From Microcoleaceae cyanobacterium (lineage in GTDB: Bacteria > Cyanobacteriota > Cyanobacteriia > Cyanobacteriales > Microcoleaceae): a stretch of DNA of 64,000 bases. The stretch covers positions 1-64,000 of the forward strand of contig JBOFUV010000022.1 of the NCBI GenBank assembly GCA_051652765.1, in the 5' to 3' direction. The notes under the pieces were generated by a model, which was given only the letters and a program-made list of their open reading frames with translations, had not been told where the DNA came from and made no database searches. The translations under genes were made by a program, and so were the position numbers. Positions 22,041-33,687 of this stretch are shown here, piece by piece; position 1 is the first letter of the stretch, and the number at the start of each line of letters is the position of its first letter.

Positions 22041-23663
22041 CTACTTTCTAATTTTATCTTGTTTAATTTGATAAAGGCTCACTTCTGAGCTCTGAACTTC
22101 TGCAATTAAGTTAAGCGTATAACCCGAATGATCTGCTTTTAACTTCTTCCAAGTTGCTGAAAGGGCTCCACCTTCAAACCAGTAGATTGATTGGAAATTA
22201 GATTGAGGAGGCGGAATCTTTGCAACCTCTTCAAGCGGTACCCATAGTACTGATGTTGTGGGTTTGAGCTGATAGCCTAACGTCATCAAACCTTGTAGTG
22301 AAATACTACTGATCAGCAATGGATTCTCACTACTGTTAATCATATAAGCTATTTGACTGATATCTTCCGCATCGCCTTTATTCCACCAAAAGGTCGCTTG
22401 AGAACTGCTATAGCACGAAAAGATGCCTCCCGCAAAAAAAGACATGATCGCGATCAATTGAACTGCTCTCTCTAAGGAGAACTTCTGCAGAAACAAACTA
22501 GGAATTTTTATAATCTTTTGGCCCATCCAGTAGATAATTGGCAGTTGAAGTCCCACACATACCGGAATTAGATATCGAGCTTGAGATAATACTTTGCCAG
22601 ACACGAGTTCAATCCCAAAGATCACAAGTAATGGAACTAAAATCAGCGTAAGAATAAATAATTTTGTCTCTCGATTCGCCAACTTTAATGTGTAGAGCAG
22701 GCAGTAGGTAATGAAAAATAATACTGTTAAAATCAGCAAAAATTCAGTGGGTGAGTCCAGCAACGTCGTCTTTTCATCAAGACCTAGATCCAGAAATGTG
22801 CGGATAATACTTCCTAAGAATCTCCGGGTAATCTTGAGTATACTGAGGTTTTCACTAAACCATTGAAATTGATTATTTGTTTTTGTTGATTTAAACCAGA
22901 GCAAACTGAGCCAAGGCAGAAAAATGCCAATACTGAATGCTAATGACCCTAAATAGTTCTGTAATAATGGCTTGCCTTTAGAGTAAATCTGAAGTAGAAA
23001 AACATACAAGCTTTGGGCAGCAATAACTAGCAAGAAAAACAAATGTGAATAGAGTGCAATAATAGATGTTATACTATACAGAGCCCAGCTTTTCTGAGTG
23101 TTTTTCTTTAAAGTTTGGATTAAAGCAGCGCTACAAAATAGAATTGTCACAATCCATAAGCTGTATTGCCTTGCCTCCTGAGCATAGAGAACATATAGTG
23201 GGGAAACTGCAATTACACCCATTCCCACCATACCAAAAATGAATGAACCGAAGAGTTCGACACATAACCAATAAATGCCCGGAAATGCGAGTAGGCTAAT
23301 ATAAGCAGATACACTTCGCAGTGTGGCAATCTGGTTATCAGACCATCCAGCCACCATTCTTGCCATGAGATAATACAATGGCGGATGTTCTGGCTGCTGG
23401 ATTAGCTTTTCTGTTAGGAGGTAAAGGAAAGATTGATGGGGTTGCTGTTCTAGTTGTTGTTTTAGATTAGCAATTGTAACGATTTCTCCCTTCAGCATCG
23501 GTTGCCAATCCTCTGCAGAATACCCAAAATCAGAAATCCTAACTTGAGTAATACACTCATCAATCCAAGGTTTTTTTAAATCAATGTTGTAAAAACGAAA
23601 AAAGATTCCTACTGCTAAAAGCAGTGAGCCTAACACAAAAATCAATTGATTTTTTCTTGACAT
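22041..23663 (-). CDS. GT39/PMT-like membrane glycosyltransferase
   Basis: WIDE, EHPPLYY and YAQEARQYSL motifs; many TM segments. Confidence 0.82.
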   Translation of the reverse strand: MSRKNQLIFVLGSLLLAVGIFFRFYNIDLKKPWIDECITQVRISDFGYSAEDWQPMLKGEIVTIANLKQQLEQQPHQSFLYLLTEKLIQQPEHPPLYYLMARMVAGWSDNQIATLRSVSAYISLLAFPGIYWLCVELFGSFIFGMVGMGVIAVSPLYVLYAQEARQYSLWIVTILFCSAALIQTLKKNTQKSWALYSITSIIALYSHLFFLLVIAAQSLYVFLLQIYSKGKPLLQNYLGSLAFSIGIFLPWLSLLWFKSTKTNNQFQWFSENLSILKITRRFLGSIIRTFLDLGLDEKTTLLDSPTEFLLILTVLFFITYCLLYTLKLANRETKLFILTLILVPLLVIFGIELVSGKVLSQARYLIPVCVGLQLPIIYWMGQKIIKIPSLFLQKFSLERAVQLIAIMSFFAGGIFSCYSSSQATFWWNKGDAEDISQIAYMINSSENPLLISSISLQGLMTLGYQLKPTTSVLWVPLEEVAKIPPPQSNFQSIYWFEGGALSATWKKLKADHSGYTLNLIAEVQSSEVSLYQIKQDKIRK

Positions 23664-24061
23664 TTCTAGTCAATTACTACAAAGATAATATCTCCCTGAT
23701 TTAGAGTGCGTTCACTTGAAAACAGAGAGAACAAAGCTTGCGATAGATTGTTCAGAACTCTGTGGTTGGTACCCGGAAATTTATATGAATCCCAAGGTGC
23801 TAATCAAGATGTTAGTCACCAAGATTTAGACAGAAGAATTACTATCTTCTTGATCTCTACACGTTAATCTCTACAAAAATCTCTCTCTACAAAGCTGCGA
23901 TTGCTCCCAAAAGATGCTTAACTAGCAATTCACCCTGAAAGTCCAATAAAACTCTAGGAAGCAAATCCCTACCTTGCTTCAACTGGTAAGACACTGGTTT
24001 AAAACGATACCTGTAAATAAATGCTACCCCAAATTGAGGGGTTATGTCCATCAAGCTTTAC

Positions 24062-25597
24062 TTACTGAGGCGAATGAACTCCTACTTTCTCCCCATCTGG
24101 TTTGTATACCTCAATCGCAATCTTGGCATTATCGCTGATAGATGCCAGTGCAACTTCTAAAGTTTGGACATGCTTTTCTGCCTCAACTCGGGTTTTGCCG
24201 CCTTGGGATTGAGTGGGCGCTGCCGTTTTTTGCAGCCGTTCAACATACTCTGAAGTCAACTGAACGGTAATCAAATCAGGAGTGATGTTATACTGACAAA
24301 CTTTAAGAGATCCGCCACAAATATTGCTCAGATCTTGACGGGCTTGATTGATCCGATTTGCTGCCTTGTTTTGAGCCTCTGCTTGCTTCCAGGCTTGAGT
24401 GTAGGAATTCACAAGAGATTTTGCTTGGAGATGGTAAGAACTAGTTTGGGGAACTCGCTTGGCATAGCTAACGGCCCGACTCCAATAGCGGGCTGCATCA
24501 GACCAAGTGCCCCGTTCCTCAAATAACTTTGCTTGATCAGCACTACTAACCGCGCGGTCATAAGCTTCCTGCCCAACCGTCTCGATGGTTTTGCGATCGC
24601 GGGCTGCCTCCAGTTTAGGCTGATATCGCGCCAGTAAAACTTGAGCAGATTCATGGGCGGTTGTGCCATTAGGAATCAGGGCCAAAGTATTGGTTGTTGT
24701 TTCCCAGGTTTCGTAGACCTGCTGCCAACTCTCCGAGTACTTTGCTACACCCTGACGAGCCTCGGCAACTTGAGCTGTTTTTTTCGCTGCTTTCAGGGTT
24801 TGGTCGGCTTTCTGTTCAAGGGTCACCCGTTGACGGATATCCGCAAGATTAGCCCGGTACTGTTGTAGCCGTTGTTGGGCAAAGGGATAGGCAAGGCTAT
24901 CACTCGACACCTGTTCAAGCTGAACCACTGCGTTTTCCCAATCCGATTTCACCTTGGCCCAACTTTCTAGAGAATAGGGAGGATTCTGGGAATTCTGCGC
25001 TGCAGTTCCAGCAAATCTGAGGCCATTCACCGTTGCCTCTAAGTTTTGAGAATCTTGTTCGTAAGCGGACAGCAAAGAACGAGCTTCTCGATAGTAAGGT
25101 GACCAAAAGGGAACGCGCTGGAGTTCCTGGATCGCACTATCAAGTTGCTGTTGCGCCAAACCCGGTGCTTTAGAAGATGTGACGGTTTGCAACGTCTGTT
25201 CTGACTTTTGAGCCAACTGCTTCGCGGTGTCAACAACACGACATTCTCCAACAACGCAGGGACGAGTCAGGACATACAGGCAACCCAGGAGAACAGCGGC
25301 AGCGAGTCCGGTTTGAGGGGTGAATAGCAACTCTCGCCAAGGTGTTCCTGGTTTACTACTCTGGTTGTCCAAGACGTTTTCTGGAGCAGACAGAGGTTCC
25401 TCAGCCTCGGTTGAGGAGGCTTCAACCGGATTGGAAATCTCGTCCAAGTCCTCAGGGCTAAAAGGGTTGCTCTCCCATTCAGAAAAGGGGTTGGTACCAT
25501 TCCAGTCAGTCGTCGAGAAAGCGGCTGCAGAAGAATTCTCAGGGGAGGAATCTAACTGTCTAGTCTCAACAGATTTGTCTTTAAGGGCTGTTTTCAT
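24062..25597 (-). CDS. Conserved hypothetical membrane-anchored protein with TPR-like helical repeats
   Basis: Acidic N-terminus, TM ending LTRPCVVGEC, recurring W...A...VP motifs. Confidence 0.75.
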   Translation of the reverse strand: MKTALKDKSVETRQLDSSPENSSAAAFSTTDWNGTNPFSEWESNPFSPEDLDEISNPVEASSTEAEEPLSAPENVLDNQSSKPGTPWRELLFTPQTGLAAAVLLGCLYVLTRPCVVGECRVVDTAKQLAQKSEQTLQTVTSSKAPGLAQQQLDSAIQELQRVPFWSPYYREARSLLSAYEQDSQNLEATVNGLRFAGTAAQNSQNPPYSLESWAKVKSDWENAVVQLEQVSSDSLAYPFAQQRLQQYRANLADIRQRVTLEQKADQTLKAAKKTAQVAEARQGVAKYSESWQQVYETWETTTNTLALIPNGTTAHESAQVLLARYQPKLEAARDRKTIETVGQEAYDRAVSSADQAKLFEERGTWSDAARYWSRAVSYAKRVPQTSSYHLQAKSLVNSYTQAWKQAEAQNKAANRINQARQDLSNICGGSLKVCQYNITPDLITVQLTSEYVERLQKTAAPTQSQGGKTRVEAEKHVQTLEVALASISDNAKIAIEVYKPDGEKVGVHSPQ

Positions 25598-25891
25598 ACC
25601 ATTTTCCTTGGAACAATATCATGCTACCGCAATCTAATAGCGATCTGATCTGAATTAGACTGATCTGAACTGTAAATGTGGAGCAGGCATTGTGCCCGAA
25701 CAGGTTAGAAGCTTGCGCCACAGGCATTGATAACTTGGAACCGCCATCGCTTAGTTAAAAGCTTAAGTAAAGCCTAACAATTTAAAGCCTAGCAACTACA
25801 GACTGTCAGACCTCAGACAAACAAGATTACCCACCAGTTAGGATTAGCATCAGTATAATACACAGCGGTTTTTTAAATCAGGGCGGGACAT

Positions 25892-26875
25892 CTACTTCAG
25901 TCCCAGTTCTCGCTTGAGCAAGCTGATAGATTCTGCTCCAATATAGTTTTCACACCGAATTAACTGAGGGGGACGAATAATTTCATCCCGGTTGTCATGA
26001 ATGGCCTCCCGAATCACCTCAGAACTGGCCTGATCACAGAAAATCATCCGAGCGCTCCGGACAATTGCGTTAATCTTGTAAACATCGCTCAACTGAGCCG
26101 TCATGACCAAGACCTCTTCCCCCCGCAAGCTATGAATAATCACCTCTACAGCCCGGAGTAAGCCAGAACTCAAGCTAACAATTCCTAAATACGTTCCCTG
26201 GGGCAAGCTCCGGATCACTTCGATTTCCTGAGCATAGTCATAGATATCGATTGGAATCACTCGAACCGAGCGAGGAGAGGTAATTTCCTCCGCATCCCCG
26301 ATGAAATAACGGCTCGTAATGACCGTTCCTGATGGCATTTTGTCCAGGGTGGCGGCAAGTTGTTCCATGGGAACAAGCTGAATTGGAATGTTTAACGCTT
26401 CCTCCAACTCTTGGGCCATAATTTGGCCGATTCCAATATCCTGTGATGTTGCGGTCACCAGCACACGAGCACTACAGCGGAGTCGCCAATCGATCTCAGC
26501 CAGGAACAACTCTCGAGCTTCGTTCAGCGTGCAACCCAAATTCAGCAAATCATCCAGACTGCGCTGAATCACCTTACTAGCCTCTGGATACTGTTCCAGA
26601 ATAGGGGAATTTAGCCGAGAGCCCCCTTCATGCCCCAAAGCCCTCACATAGATTCCTGAGCCTGCTTGAGCTTCGACCAAACCACTGTCTTCAAGCTGAC
26701 GGTAGACTTTGCTGATCGTATTACGGTGCAACCCAGTTTGCATGGCGAGCTGACGGGTGCTGGGCAAACGATGGCCAGGGGGATACTGACGGGAAGCGAT
26801 CGCAAAACGAATCTGGTTGAATAGCTGATTCGAAGCAGGAATATCACTATCTGGCTGGATGTAGAACTGAACCAT
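25892..26875 (-). CDS. plmA: GntR-family regulator PlmA
   Basis: MVQFYIQPDSDIPASNQL...LPSTRQLAMQTGLHRNTISKVY; EIDWRLRCSAR; LLKRELGL end. Confidence 0.88.
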   Translation of the reverse strand: MVQFYIQPDSDIPASNQLFNQIRFAIASRQYPPGHRLPSTRQLAMQTGLHRNTISKVYRQLEDSGLVEAQAGSGIYVRALGHEGGSRLNSPILEQYPEASKVIQRSLDDLLNLGCTLNEARELFLAEIDWRLRCSARVLVTATSQDIGIGQIMAQELEEALNIPIQLVPMEQLAATLDKMPSGTVITSRYFIGDAEEITSPRSVRVIPIDIYDYAQEIEVIRSLPQGTYLGIVSLSSGLLRAVEVIIHSLRGEEVLVMTAQLSDVYKINAIVRSARMIFCDQASSEVIREAIHDNRDEIIRPPQLIRCENYIGAESISLLKRELGLK

Positions 26876-27158
26876 AACACGTCTCCAGAAGTCTACCCTC
26901 CAATCGGAAGGAAATGCCCATTAAAACTCGGCTCAAAACACCGAGCAAAAAAATAACACCGCTGAGATTTTTTGGCAGGGTTCACCTGTAGTATAGAAGA
27001 GTTTGCTAAAAAGTTTGCTAGGGAGTTCCCTCGGTAGCTCATAGCTGTCCAAGAGGCTTGCTGAAAGCCTGTAGTGTAGACCTCTAGTCTGCATGGGCAA
27101 GAGACCTACATCACGTTACGACTCAAATCGGTAAAGATCTTCAAGACTCTAAAGAACC

Positions 27159-27890
27159 ATGGCAGTAGAGATTCAAACCGCTCAAGTCCATATTTCCAAC
27201 GGGGATCTTCAGATCTCAGCATACCTCGCCCAACCCACAACAGGCCCATCCTATCCCAGCGTGATTGTGATCCAGGAGGTCTTTGGCGTGAATGCCCATA
27301 TCCGAGATATTACAGAACGAATTGCTCAGCTTGGCTACGTCGCGATCGCCCCTGCCATTTATCAACGACAAGCCCCTGGATTTGAAGTAGGGTACAGTGC
27401 AGAAGACCTAGCCCTCGGTCGCAAGTATAAGGAACAAACCCAAGCCAGTGAACTATTAAGTGACATTCAAGCGGCCATTGCCTATCTTAAAGGGTTAGAA
27501 CGGGTCAGTGGCGGCTGTGGCTGCATTGGATTCTGTTTTGGGGGTCATGTTGCTTACTTGGCCGCAACTTTGCCTGAGATCAATGCAACGGCCTGTTTCT
27601 ATGGCGGCGGAATTGTGACTGGAACTCCGGGAGGCGGAGAACCTACCGTCACCCGCACCCCAGAAATTCGGGGTGTGCTTTATGGCTTTTTTGGCACGGA
27701 AGATGCCCTAATTCCAAATGAACAGGTTGATCAGATTGAAACCGCACTAATCCAACATCAGATTCGCCATCGAATTTTTCGCTATCCGGCTGACCATGGA
27801 TTCTTCTGTGATCAGCGACCTAGCTATCACCCTGAAGCGGCGGCAGCTGCCTGGAGCCAGGTACAAGAGCTATTTGCTCAGGAACTCTAA
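27159..27890 (+). CDS. Dienelactone hydrolase family protein
   Basis: QEVFGVN, GFCFGG nucleophile elbow, HGFFCD. Confidence 0.93.
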   Translation: MAVEIQTAQVHISNGDLQISAYLAQPTTGPSYPSVIVIQEVFGVNAHIRDITERIAQLGYVAIAPAIYQRQAPGFEVGYSAEDLALGRKYKEQTQASELLSDIQAAIAYLKGLERVSGGCGCIGFCFGGHVAYLAATLPEINATACFYGGGIVTGTPGGGEPTVTRTPEIRGVLYGFFGTEDALIPNEQVDQIETALIQHQIRHRIFRYPADHGFFCDQRPSYHPEAAAAAWSQVQELFAQEL

Positions 27891-28104
27891 CTCTTGGATT
27901 CCGGGTCAGGTTCCCCCGTCAGGTTATTGAAGAAATTGGCTATAGTGGAATATCTAAGAACGTTTACTTTGCCCCTTGGGTAATCGAAGCCCAAGCTTAA
28001 GGTAGGTTCAAGCGGATCAGTTTAGCCAGACCCGTTCAGTCAGATCCGTTTAACAATAGGGATAAGGGTACGGTTGCCCCATCGTTTTTCATGAGTCAGA
28101 TTCT

Positions 28105-28992
28105 ATGAATAAAAAAGATATCGCCTTCTCCATGGATGATTTTGCACAAGCCTTGGAAACGCATAGCTATGCATTTAGCAAGGGGCAGATTGTGCGAGGT
28201 CAGGTTTTAGAACATGACAGCAATGGCGCTTATATCGATATTATTGGCGGGAAGTCTACGGGATTTCTGCCCCGTCAAGAAGCGGCCCTAGTGGTGGTTG
28301 AAGATTTGGCAGATCTATTGCCCCTCAAAACGGAGCGAGACTTTCTGATCATCCGGGAACAAAATGATGATGGCCAAATTCTCCTCTCCCTGAGACAACT
28401 CGAACTCAAACAACGCTGGGATGCCCTTGAACAGGAACAAGCCACAGGCATCACCCTCAGAGCACAAGTTACGGGCGTGAACAAAGGGGGCGTTACCGTT
28501 GATGTTGACGGCTTGCGAGGATTTATTCCCCGATCCCATCTCTCAGAACGGAATAATTTGAATGCTTTGATCGATCAAGTGCTGACGGTCAATATTTTGG
28601 AGTTGGATCGCGATCGCAACAAAATCGTTCTGTCCCAGCGCCTTGCGTCCCAATCCTTGAGTTTTGGTCAACTTCAAGTTGGTCAATTGGCAGAGGGACA
28701 GGTTAGCAGCGTCAAGCCTTTTGGAGTGTTTGTGGATCTCCAAGGGGTAACGGGCTTAATTCATATCAAGGAAGTCAGTCAGAAGTATGTTGAATCCTTA
28801 GCTGATCTCTTTCCCCTTGGTCAAGCAATTAAGGCTATGGTGATTAGTCTGGAAGAAGGTCGTCATCGAGTTTCCCTCTCGACCCGAGTATTGGAAAACT
28901 ATCCCGGAGAAATTGTGGAAAAGTTACCTGAAGTGATGGATTCGGCAGAGGCTCGGGCTGAACGGGCGAAAAAGCTCTTGCCATCTCTATAA
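28105..28992 (+). CDS. S1 RNA-binding protein (cyanobacterial 30S protein S1 homolog B)
   Basis: Three S1 domains (GAYIDI, GLRGFIPRSH, GVFVDL...GLIHI). Confidence 0.85.
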   Translation: MNKKDIAFSMDDFAQALETHSYAFSKGQIVRGQVLEHDSNGAYIDIIGGKSTGFLPRQEAALVVVEDLADLLPLKTERDFLIIREQNDDGQILLSLRQLELKQRWDALEQEQATGITLRAQVTGVNKGGVTVDVDGLRGFIPRSHLSERNNLNALIDQVLTVNILELDRDRNKIVLSQRLASQSLSFGQLQVGQLAEGQVSSVKPFGVFVDLQGVTGLIHIKEVSQKYVESLADLFPLGQAIKAMVISLEEGRHRVSLSTRVLENYPGEIVEKLPEVMDSAEARAERAKKLLPSL

Positions 28993-29306
28993 CTTTTTCT
29001 AGTCAGAGCAAATCCGTTTGAATAACCGTAGTTTAGCAACGCCAAGAATTAAACGGGGGTTGGGAGACCCTGTTTTCAAGAACATTAGTCTTCAAGAGTA
29101 TTAGTCTTCAAGCAGGGGTAACACCCCTGTGCCCTAATCTCACCACTCATTGAGGATGGCCGTGTGGAGCTTGCGGGCAATGTAAGAGGGCGATTAAACC
29201 GGATAATTATTAAGCTAATTATTCAAGGGAATTTCAAACCTTTGCCTGAAACAGTTCCTCTACAATTGAAGTAACATGTTGTTGCTTGCTATCATCTACT
29301 TTTCCT

Positions 29307-30956
29307 ATGATTACTTCAGTTCCTCAGATGAGACTCCCAACCTCATCTCGAGATCAGGATCGAATTTTAGCTGCTATCGACCTGGGGACAAACTCTTTTC
29401 ACATGGTCATTGTTCGAATTGACCCAGCCTTGCCTGCGTTTAGCATTGTTGCAAGTGAGAAAGATATGGTGAGGCTGGGGGATTGCGGGCCGAGGGGGCG
29501 GCTGAAGCTAGAAGTCATGGAGCGAGCCATGACTTGTCTGCAGCGATTTCAGACTATTGCCAAGGCCCATAACGCAGAGCAAATTGTGGCTGTGGCCACC
29601 AGTGCTGTACGGGAGGCCCCAAACGGACAAGAGTTTATCAAGCAAATTGCGGATGAATTAGACCTAGAGGTTGATCTGATTTCTGGCCCAGAGGAAGCCC
29701 GCCGGATTTATCTCGGTGTGCTCTCAGCCATGGATTTTGGAGTGCAACCTCATGTCATCATTGATATCGGGGGAGGATCAACAGAGTTGATTCTAGGAGA
29801 TGGTCGAGAGCCAGCCTTTCTCAGCAGCACAAAGGTCGGAGCTGTGCGTCTAACGAAGGAATTTGTCCACAGTGACCCGATTACTTACAACGATTTTTCT
29901 TGCCTTCAAGCCTACATTCGAGGAATGTTGGAGCGAGCAACCGACGAACTTCTAGGCCACCTTGGGAATACTCGTGAAAATGGTAAAGTCCTGCGATTAG
30001 TTGGAACGTCTGGAACCATCGAAACGATAGCAATTATCAATGCCCGCGAGAAATTTGGGATAGAACCCACCCCGTTAACCGGGTATGAATTAACTCTGAC
30101 TGATTTACAGAATTTTGTGAACCGTTTACGAAAACTCTCCTATGAGGAGCGTTTGGTCATTCCAGGCATTTCTGACAAGCGAGCTGAGATTATTCTAGCA
30201 GGGGCCTTAATCCTGCAAGAAGCAATGATTTTGTTAGGTCTAGATTCCCTGATGGTCTGCGAGCGCAGCCTGCGAGAAGGCGTTATTGTTGATTGGATGC
30301 TGACCCACGGACTGATTGATGATCGCTTGAGTTACGGGAGTACCATTCGTCCTCGCAGTGTCCTAAAAACAGCCCAAAAGTATAACGTTAATTTGGAGCA
30401 TGGTGAACGGGTTGCTGCTTTTTCCCTAAGTTTATTTGACCAAACTCAACGGATTTTACACAACTGGGGCGCAGACGAACGAGAGCTTTTGTGGGCTGCA
30501 GCCATTCTGCACAACAGTGGTTTATACGTGAGTCATTCTGCCTACCACAAGCATTCCTACTACTTGATTCGGAATGGAGAACTACTCGGATATACAGAAA
30601 CCGAGGTTGAAATTATTGCAAATATTGCCCGTTACCATCGCAAAAGCACCCCAAAGAAAAAACATGATAGCTATCAGAACTTGTCGAAAAAGCATCGACA
30701 GGTTGTTGATCAACTGAGCCCTTTGTTACGCCTTGCAGTGGCTTTGGATCGCCGTCAAATTGGGGCGATCGCTCAAGTTAAAACTCAGTGCCATTGGGAG
30801 ACGAATGAGTTTCACCTCACCCTTAAGCCGGTTCATCCCAATGACAACTGTGATTTGGAACTCTGGAGCTTGGATCTGAAGAAAGATGCCTTTGAAAGTG
30901 AGTATGAGCTAAAGCTTGTGGCTCAGTTAGAATCTATGACTTCTGCTTTAAATTAG
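29307..30956 (+). CDS. ppx: Ppx/GppA exopolyphosphatase
   Basis: IDLGTNS, ATSAVREA, EEAR, DIGGGSTE, LREG; HD-like C-terminal domain; start uncertain (29286/29307/29328). Confidence 0.9.
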   Translation: MITSVPQMRLPTSSRDQDRILAAIDLGTNSFHMVIVRIDPALPAFSIVASEKDMVRLGDCGPRGRLKLEVMERAMTCLQRFQTIAKAHNAEQIVAVATSAVREAPNGQEFIKQIADELDLEVDLISGPEEARRIYLGVLSAMDFGVQPHVIIDIGGGSTELILGDGREPAFLSSTKVGAVRLTKEFVHSDPITYNDFSCLQAYIRGMLERATDELLGHLGNTRENGKVLRLVGTSGTIETIAIINAREKFGIEPTPLTGYELTLTDLQNFVNRLRKLSYEERLVIPGISDKRAEIILAGALILQEAMILLGLDSLMVCERSLREGVIVDWMLTHGLIDDRLSYGSTIRPRSVLKTAQKYNVNLEHGERVAAFSLSLFDQTQRILHNWGADERELLWAAAILHNSGLYVSHSAYHKHSYYLIRNGELLGYTETEVEIIANIARYHRKSTPKKKHDSYQNLSKKHRQVVDQLSPLLRLAVALDRRQIGAIAQVKTQCHWETNEFHLTLKPVHPNDNCDLELWSLDLKKDAFESEYELKLVAQLESMTSALN

Positions 30957-31166
30957 TACTTTTTAAACAAGTTTTTTAGGTGAGTTTTTTAAGTGGTTTT
31001 TTTGGGTGAGTTTTTTAGGTGAGTACGTTCTTAAGCTGGCACAGCCAGATGAAAGTTCAGTCACCATAGCGCAGGCAAGATGCCTGCTTGCAGTTAAGAC
31101 GACTGTGCCCCAAAGTGGGATCTCAGCTCAGAGTATTGGCTTGGGCTATCTGGGAGTGTGGGGGTG

Positions 31167-31784
31167 CTATGAACTTGCCTTCCGGGATTCTAGCCAAATT
31201 GGAATGGCAAACCAAGCTACGACCAACCCCAAGGCAACAACTGCGAACTGGGCAACCCAGGCAATTAGCTCTGCTAATGGCACCACTTGTCCCACAAAAA
31301 AGCTGAGGCTAACCATCACAGAGGCCCACGTTGCCGCTCCCACCGCATTACACAGCAAAAATTTCCAGTAGGGCATTTTGGCAATTCCAGCCAGTGGCCC
31401 TGCAAAAATTCGTAGGAGTGCCACAAATCGACCCAGCAAGACGGCACGAGCTGAATTTTGACTAAACCGCTCCCTCACCTCAACTAACTGGTCTTCTCGC
31501 AGGCGAAAGATTTGACCCACCCACAGTAAAAAGGGCCAACCTTTCCAGCGCCCCAGCCAATACCCGCAGTTATCACCAAAAATTGCTCCAACGGTTGCAC
31601 ATCCCAGGACAAACCAATAATTTAGCTCTCCACTGCCCGCCAAAAATCCACCAACCAGGGTAATCGTTTCTCCAGGCAGGGGAATTCCAGCATTTTCCAG
31701 AGCAATTCCCCCAAAAACAGCCCAATAGCCATACTGATGAGCAATATTTTGGATAGTTTCCAGGGAAACAAATTCTAGGGCCAT
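31167..31784 (-). CDS. DedA family membrane protein
   Basis: ENAGIPLPGE, GDNCGYWLGR, GRFVALLR; start may be 31796. Confidence 0.9.
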   Translation of the reverse strand: MALEFVSLETIQNIAHQYGYWAVFGGIALENAGIPLPGETITLVGGFLAGSGELNYWFVLGCATVGAIFGDNCGYWLGRWKGWPFLLWVGQIFRLREDQLVEVRERFSQNSARAVLLGRFVALLRIFAGPLAGIAKMPYWKFLLCNAVGAATWASVMVSLSFFVGQVVPLAELIAWVAQFAVVALGLVVAWFAIPIWLESRKASS

Positions 31785-31988
31785 AGGACGTGACATTCTT
31801 ATATTTTTTGCAAAGCTTTATACTCCTATAGTATCTTGATGTAAATCTTGAGACTTACATCAGCTGGCTGTTTTATTTGCTTTCTTAGACCTTGAGGAAC
31901 TTTCACAAAGGCAAACTTTGTCTAAGGTCTTAGAATCTAGGGGTAAAGATCAGTCCATGTGGTAGTTCGACTGAGTGAAGGAGTGCTT

Positions 31989-32339
31989 ATGATCAGAGTG
32001 TTGGATTTGGGTGAGTATGTTGTGATTCGGCTTCAGAACCCTCTGAATGCATATGCTAACGGTATTTTAGAAGAACAACTGAGAGCGATCGCCTCAACAC
32101 CCCTGCGACTTTGGGTGATTGATCTCGCTGAAGTTGACTTTATTGATAGTGTAGGGGTTACCGTTTTGGTGTCAGCGTTTAAGTTAGCGCGTCGTCATGG
32201 ATGTCGCCTGACCCTGTGCAATCCGTCTTCGACAGTAAAGCTAGTACTTGAAATTACCCAACTCGATCAGGCTTTAGAAATTGTGGAGGAATCCACTTTC
32301 TTATCGTCGTATCCTGTGGAGCCACAACTTTCTGCCTAA
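31989..32339 (+). CDS. STAS-domain anti-sigma factor antagonist
   Basis: IDLAEVDFIDSVG, LEITQLD; AAGGAG upstream of ATG. Confidence 0.88.
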   Translation: MIRVLDLGEYVVIRLQNPLNAYANGILEEQLRAIASTPLRLWVIDLAEVDFIDSVGVTVLVSAFKLARRHGCRLTLCNPSSTVKLVLEITQLDQALEIVEESTFLSSYPVEPQLSA

Positions 32340-32459
32340 GAATTTCTGCTTAAAGCAGTAAGCGTTAAGCACAGGTGGCTAATAATATTAGGGACTAACG
32401 CAAAAAGACCTCTCTCATCAGAGAGGCCCCAAATAAGACCTAGAACTTTTAACAACCCC

Positions 32460-33017
32460 TTAAGCGTTCTTCAAAGCTGGAAAGTCAGCAGAGCCAGACA
32501 CTCCAGGGGAAAAACTGGGCAGATCCAACCCACTAGGCCGACGACTCTTCTGAGCCAATCGATAACTCACACTCTGAAGTTCAGCATGAAGTTGGCGGTT
32601 TTCCTTCTGAAGCTGCTCTACCTTTTCCATCACATCCTGCAGGCGCTCTGCAAATTTCTGACGATAAACACCAGGCAGTTCTTGAACGACTTGCTCCAAC
32701 ATCCGAGAGCGCTCAGTCAGCTCTTCTACTGATTGCTCTAATTGATAAACTTCAATATCTCGCTCGGCAATCTGTTCCTGATAGAACTTCACTTGTTGTT
32801 CTACTTCCTGCAATTGATCTCGCAGGGCCTTGACTTGAATCTGATTGCGCTCAGAGGTTTCAGAATCGAGTAATGCAGGAGTACCATTTCCTTTCACAAG
32901 CCGAAAAAGCTCTTGAGAAAGTTGCTGTACCAATTGATCTCGCATTTTCAACTCTTCGTTGAGGCGAGTCATCTCCGTTTGTAGTTCTTTGGGAGTTGAG
33001 TTACTAGGTTGGCTCAC
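32460..33017 (-). CDS. Cyanobacterial coiled-coil protein (Npun_F5560-like)
   Basis: RDQLVQQLSQELFRLVKGN, ELQSVSYRLA. Confidence 0.75.
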   Translation of the reverse strand: MSQPSNSTPKELQTEMTRLNEELKMRDQLVQQLSQELFRLVKGNGTPALLDSETSERNQIQVKALRDQLQEVEQQVKFYQEQIAERDIEVYQLEQSVEELTERSRMLEQVVQELPGVYRQKFAERLQDVMEKVEQLQKENRQLHAELQSVSYRLAQKSRRPSGLDLPSFSPGVSGSADFPALKNA

Positions 33018-33188
33018 GATGACTAACAGCTCCTATCAGCTTAAGACATAGGTGTCCCTATAAAATACTCTCATAGCACCCCACTAGGCAAGAGGTTTCA
33101 CAGGGAATTCCGGCAAAATTTGAGTTGAGACAGGTTTTGATTGAATCCTAAGGGAAGACTTATGCAGTTCTTGCACCGTTTTTTACCG

Positions 33189-33557
33189 TTACTTAAGGAT
33201 TGGAGGAACTTCTATGGTTTCCTGAAGCTCCAATTCAGGTTCGACTGGCAGCGCTTTTTCGACGGTGACTTCGTTCTTAATGGTGAGATAGCGTATCACT
33301 TCTTCACTCAACCGCATTGCCCGCTCTAACACGGCAATTTGCTGACCTGGGCCTTCATAATTCATTTGGATATAAGTGCCCTCACGGTGCTTTTGAATGT
33401 CATACGCTAGACGGCGCTTCCCTAAATTCTGAACCTTGATATTCTGACCGCCCTGTTCCTGCAACAGATCTCGGTGTTTTGTAATCAGTTGCTCAACCTG
33501 TTCCTCTGTCAAATCAGGACGCAGGATGTACATCGTTTCATAGATGAAAGACTTCAT
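33189..33557 (-). CDS. rpsF: 30S ribosomal protein S6
   Basis: [27 protein letters not shown]. Confidence 0.96.
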   Translation of the reverse strand: MKSFIYETMYILRPDLTEEQVEQLITKHRDLLQEQGGQNIKVQNLGKRRLAYDIQKHREGTYIQMNYEGPGQQIAVLERAMRLSEEVIRYLTIKNEVTVEKALPVEPELELQETIEVPPILK

Positions 33558-33687
33558 TGAATCACTCTCCTTGTGGACATAATGGCCTCTATCTTAGAAG
33601 CAAGGATCTCTAATTCTATCCCATTTCTCCTAAAGTTTTGCCCTAAAGTTTTGCCCTAAAGTTTTACTGGGCGATTCGAGAAGGATA

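Noticed and set aside
31006..31371. 121-aa plus-strand ORF
   Set aside because: Overlaps dedA antisense and starts in a low-complexity T-rich repeat.
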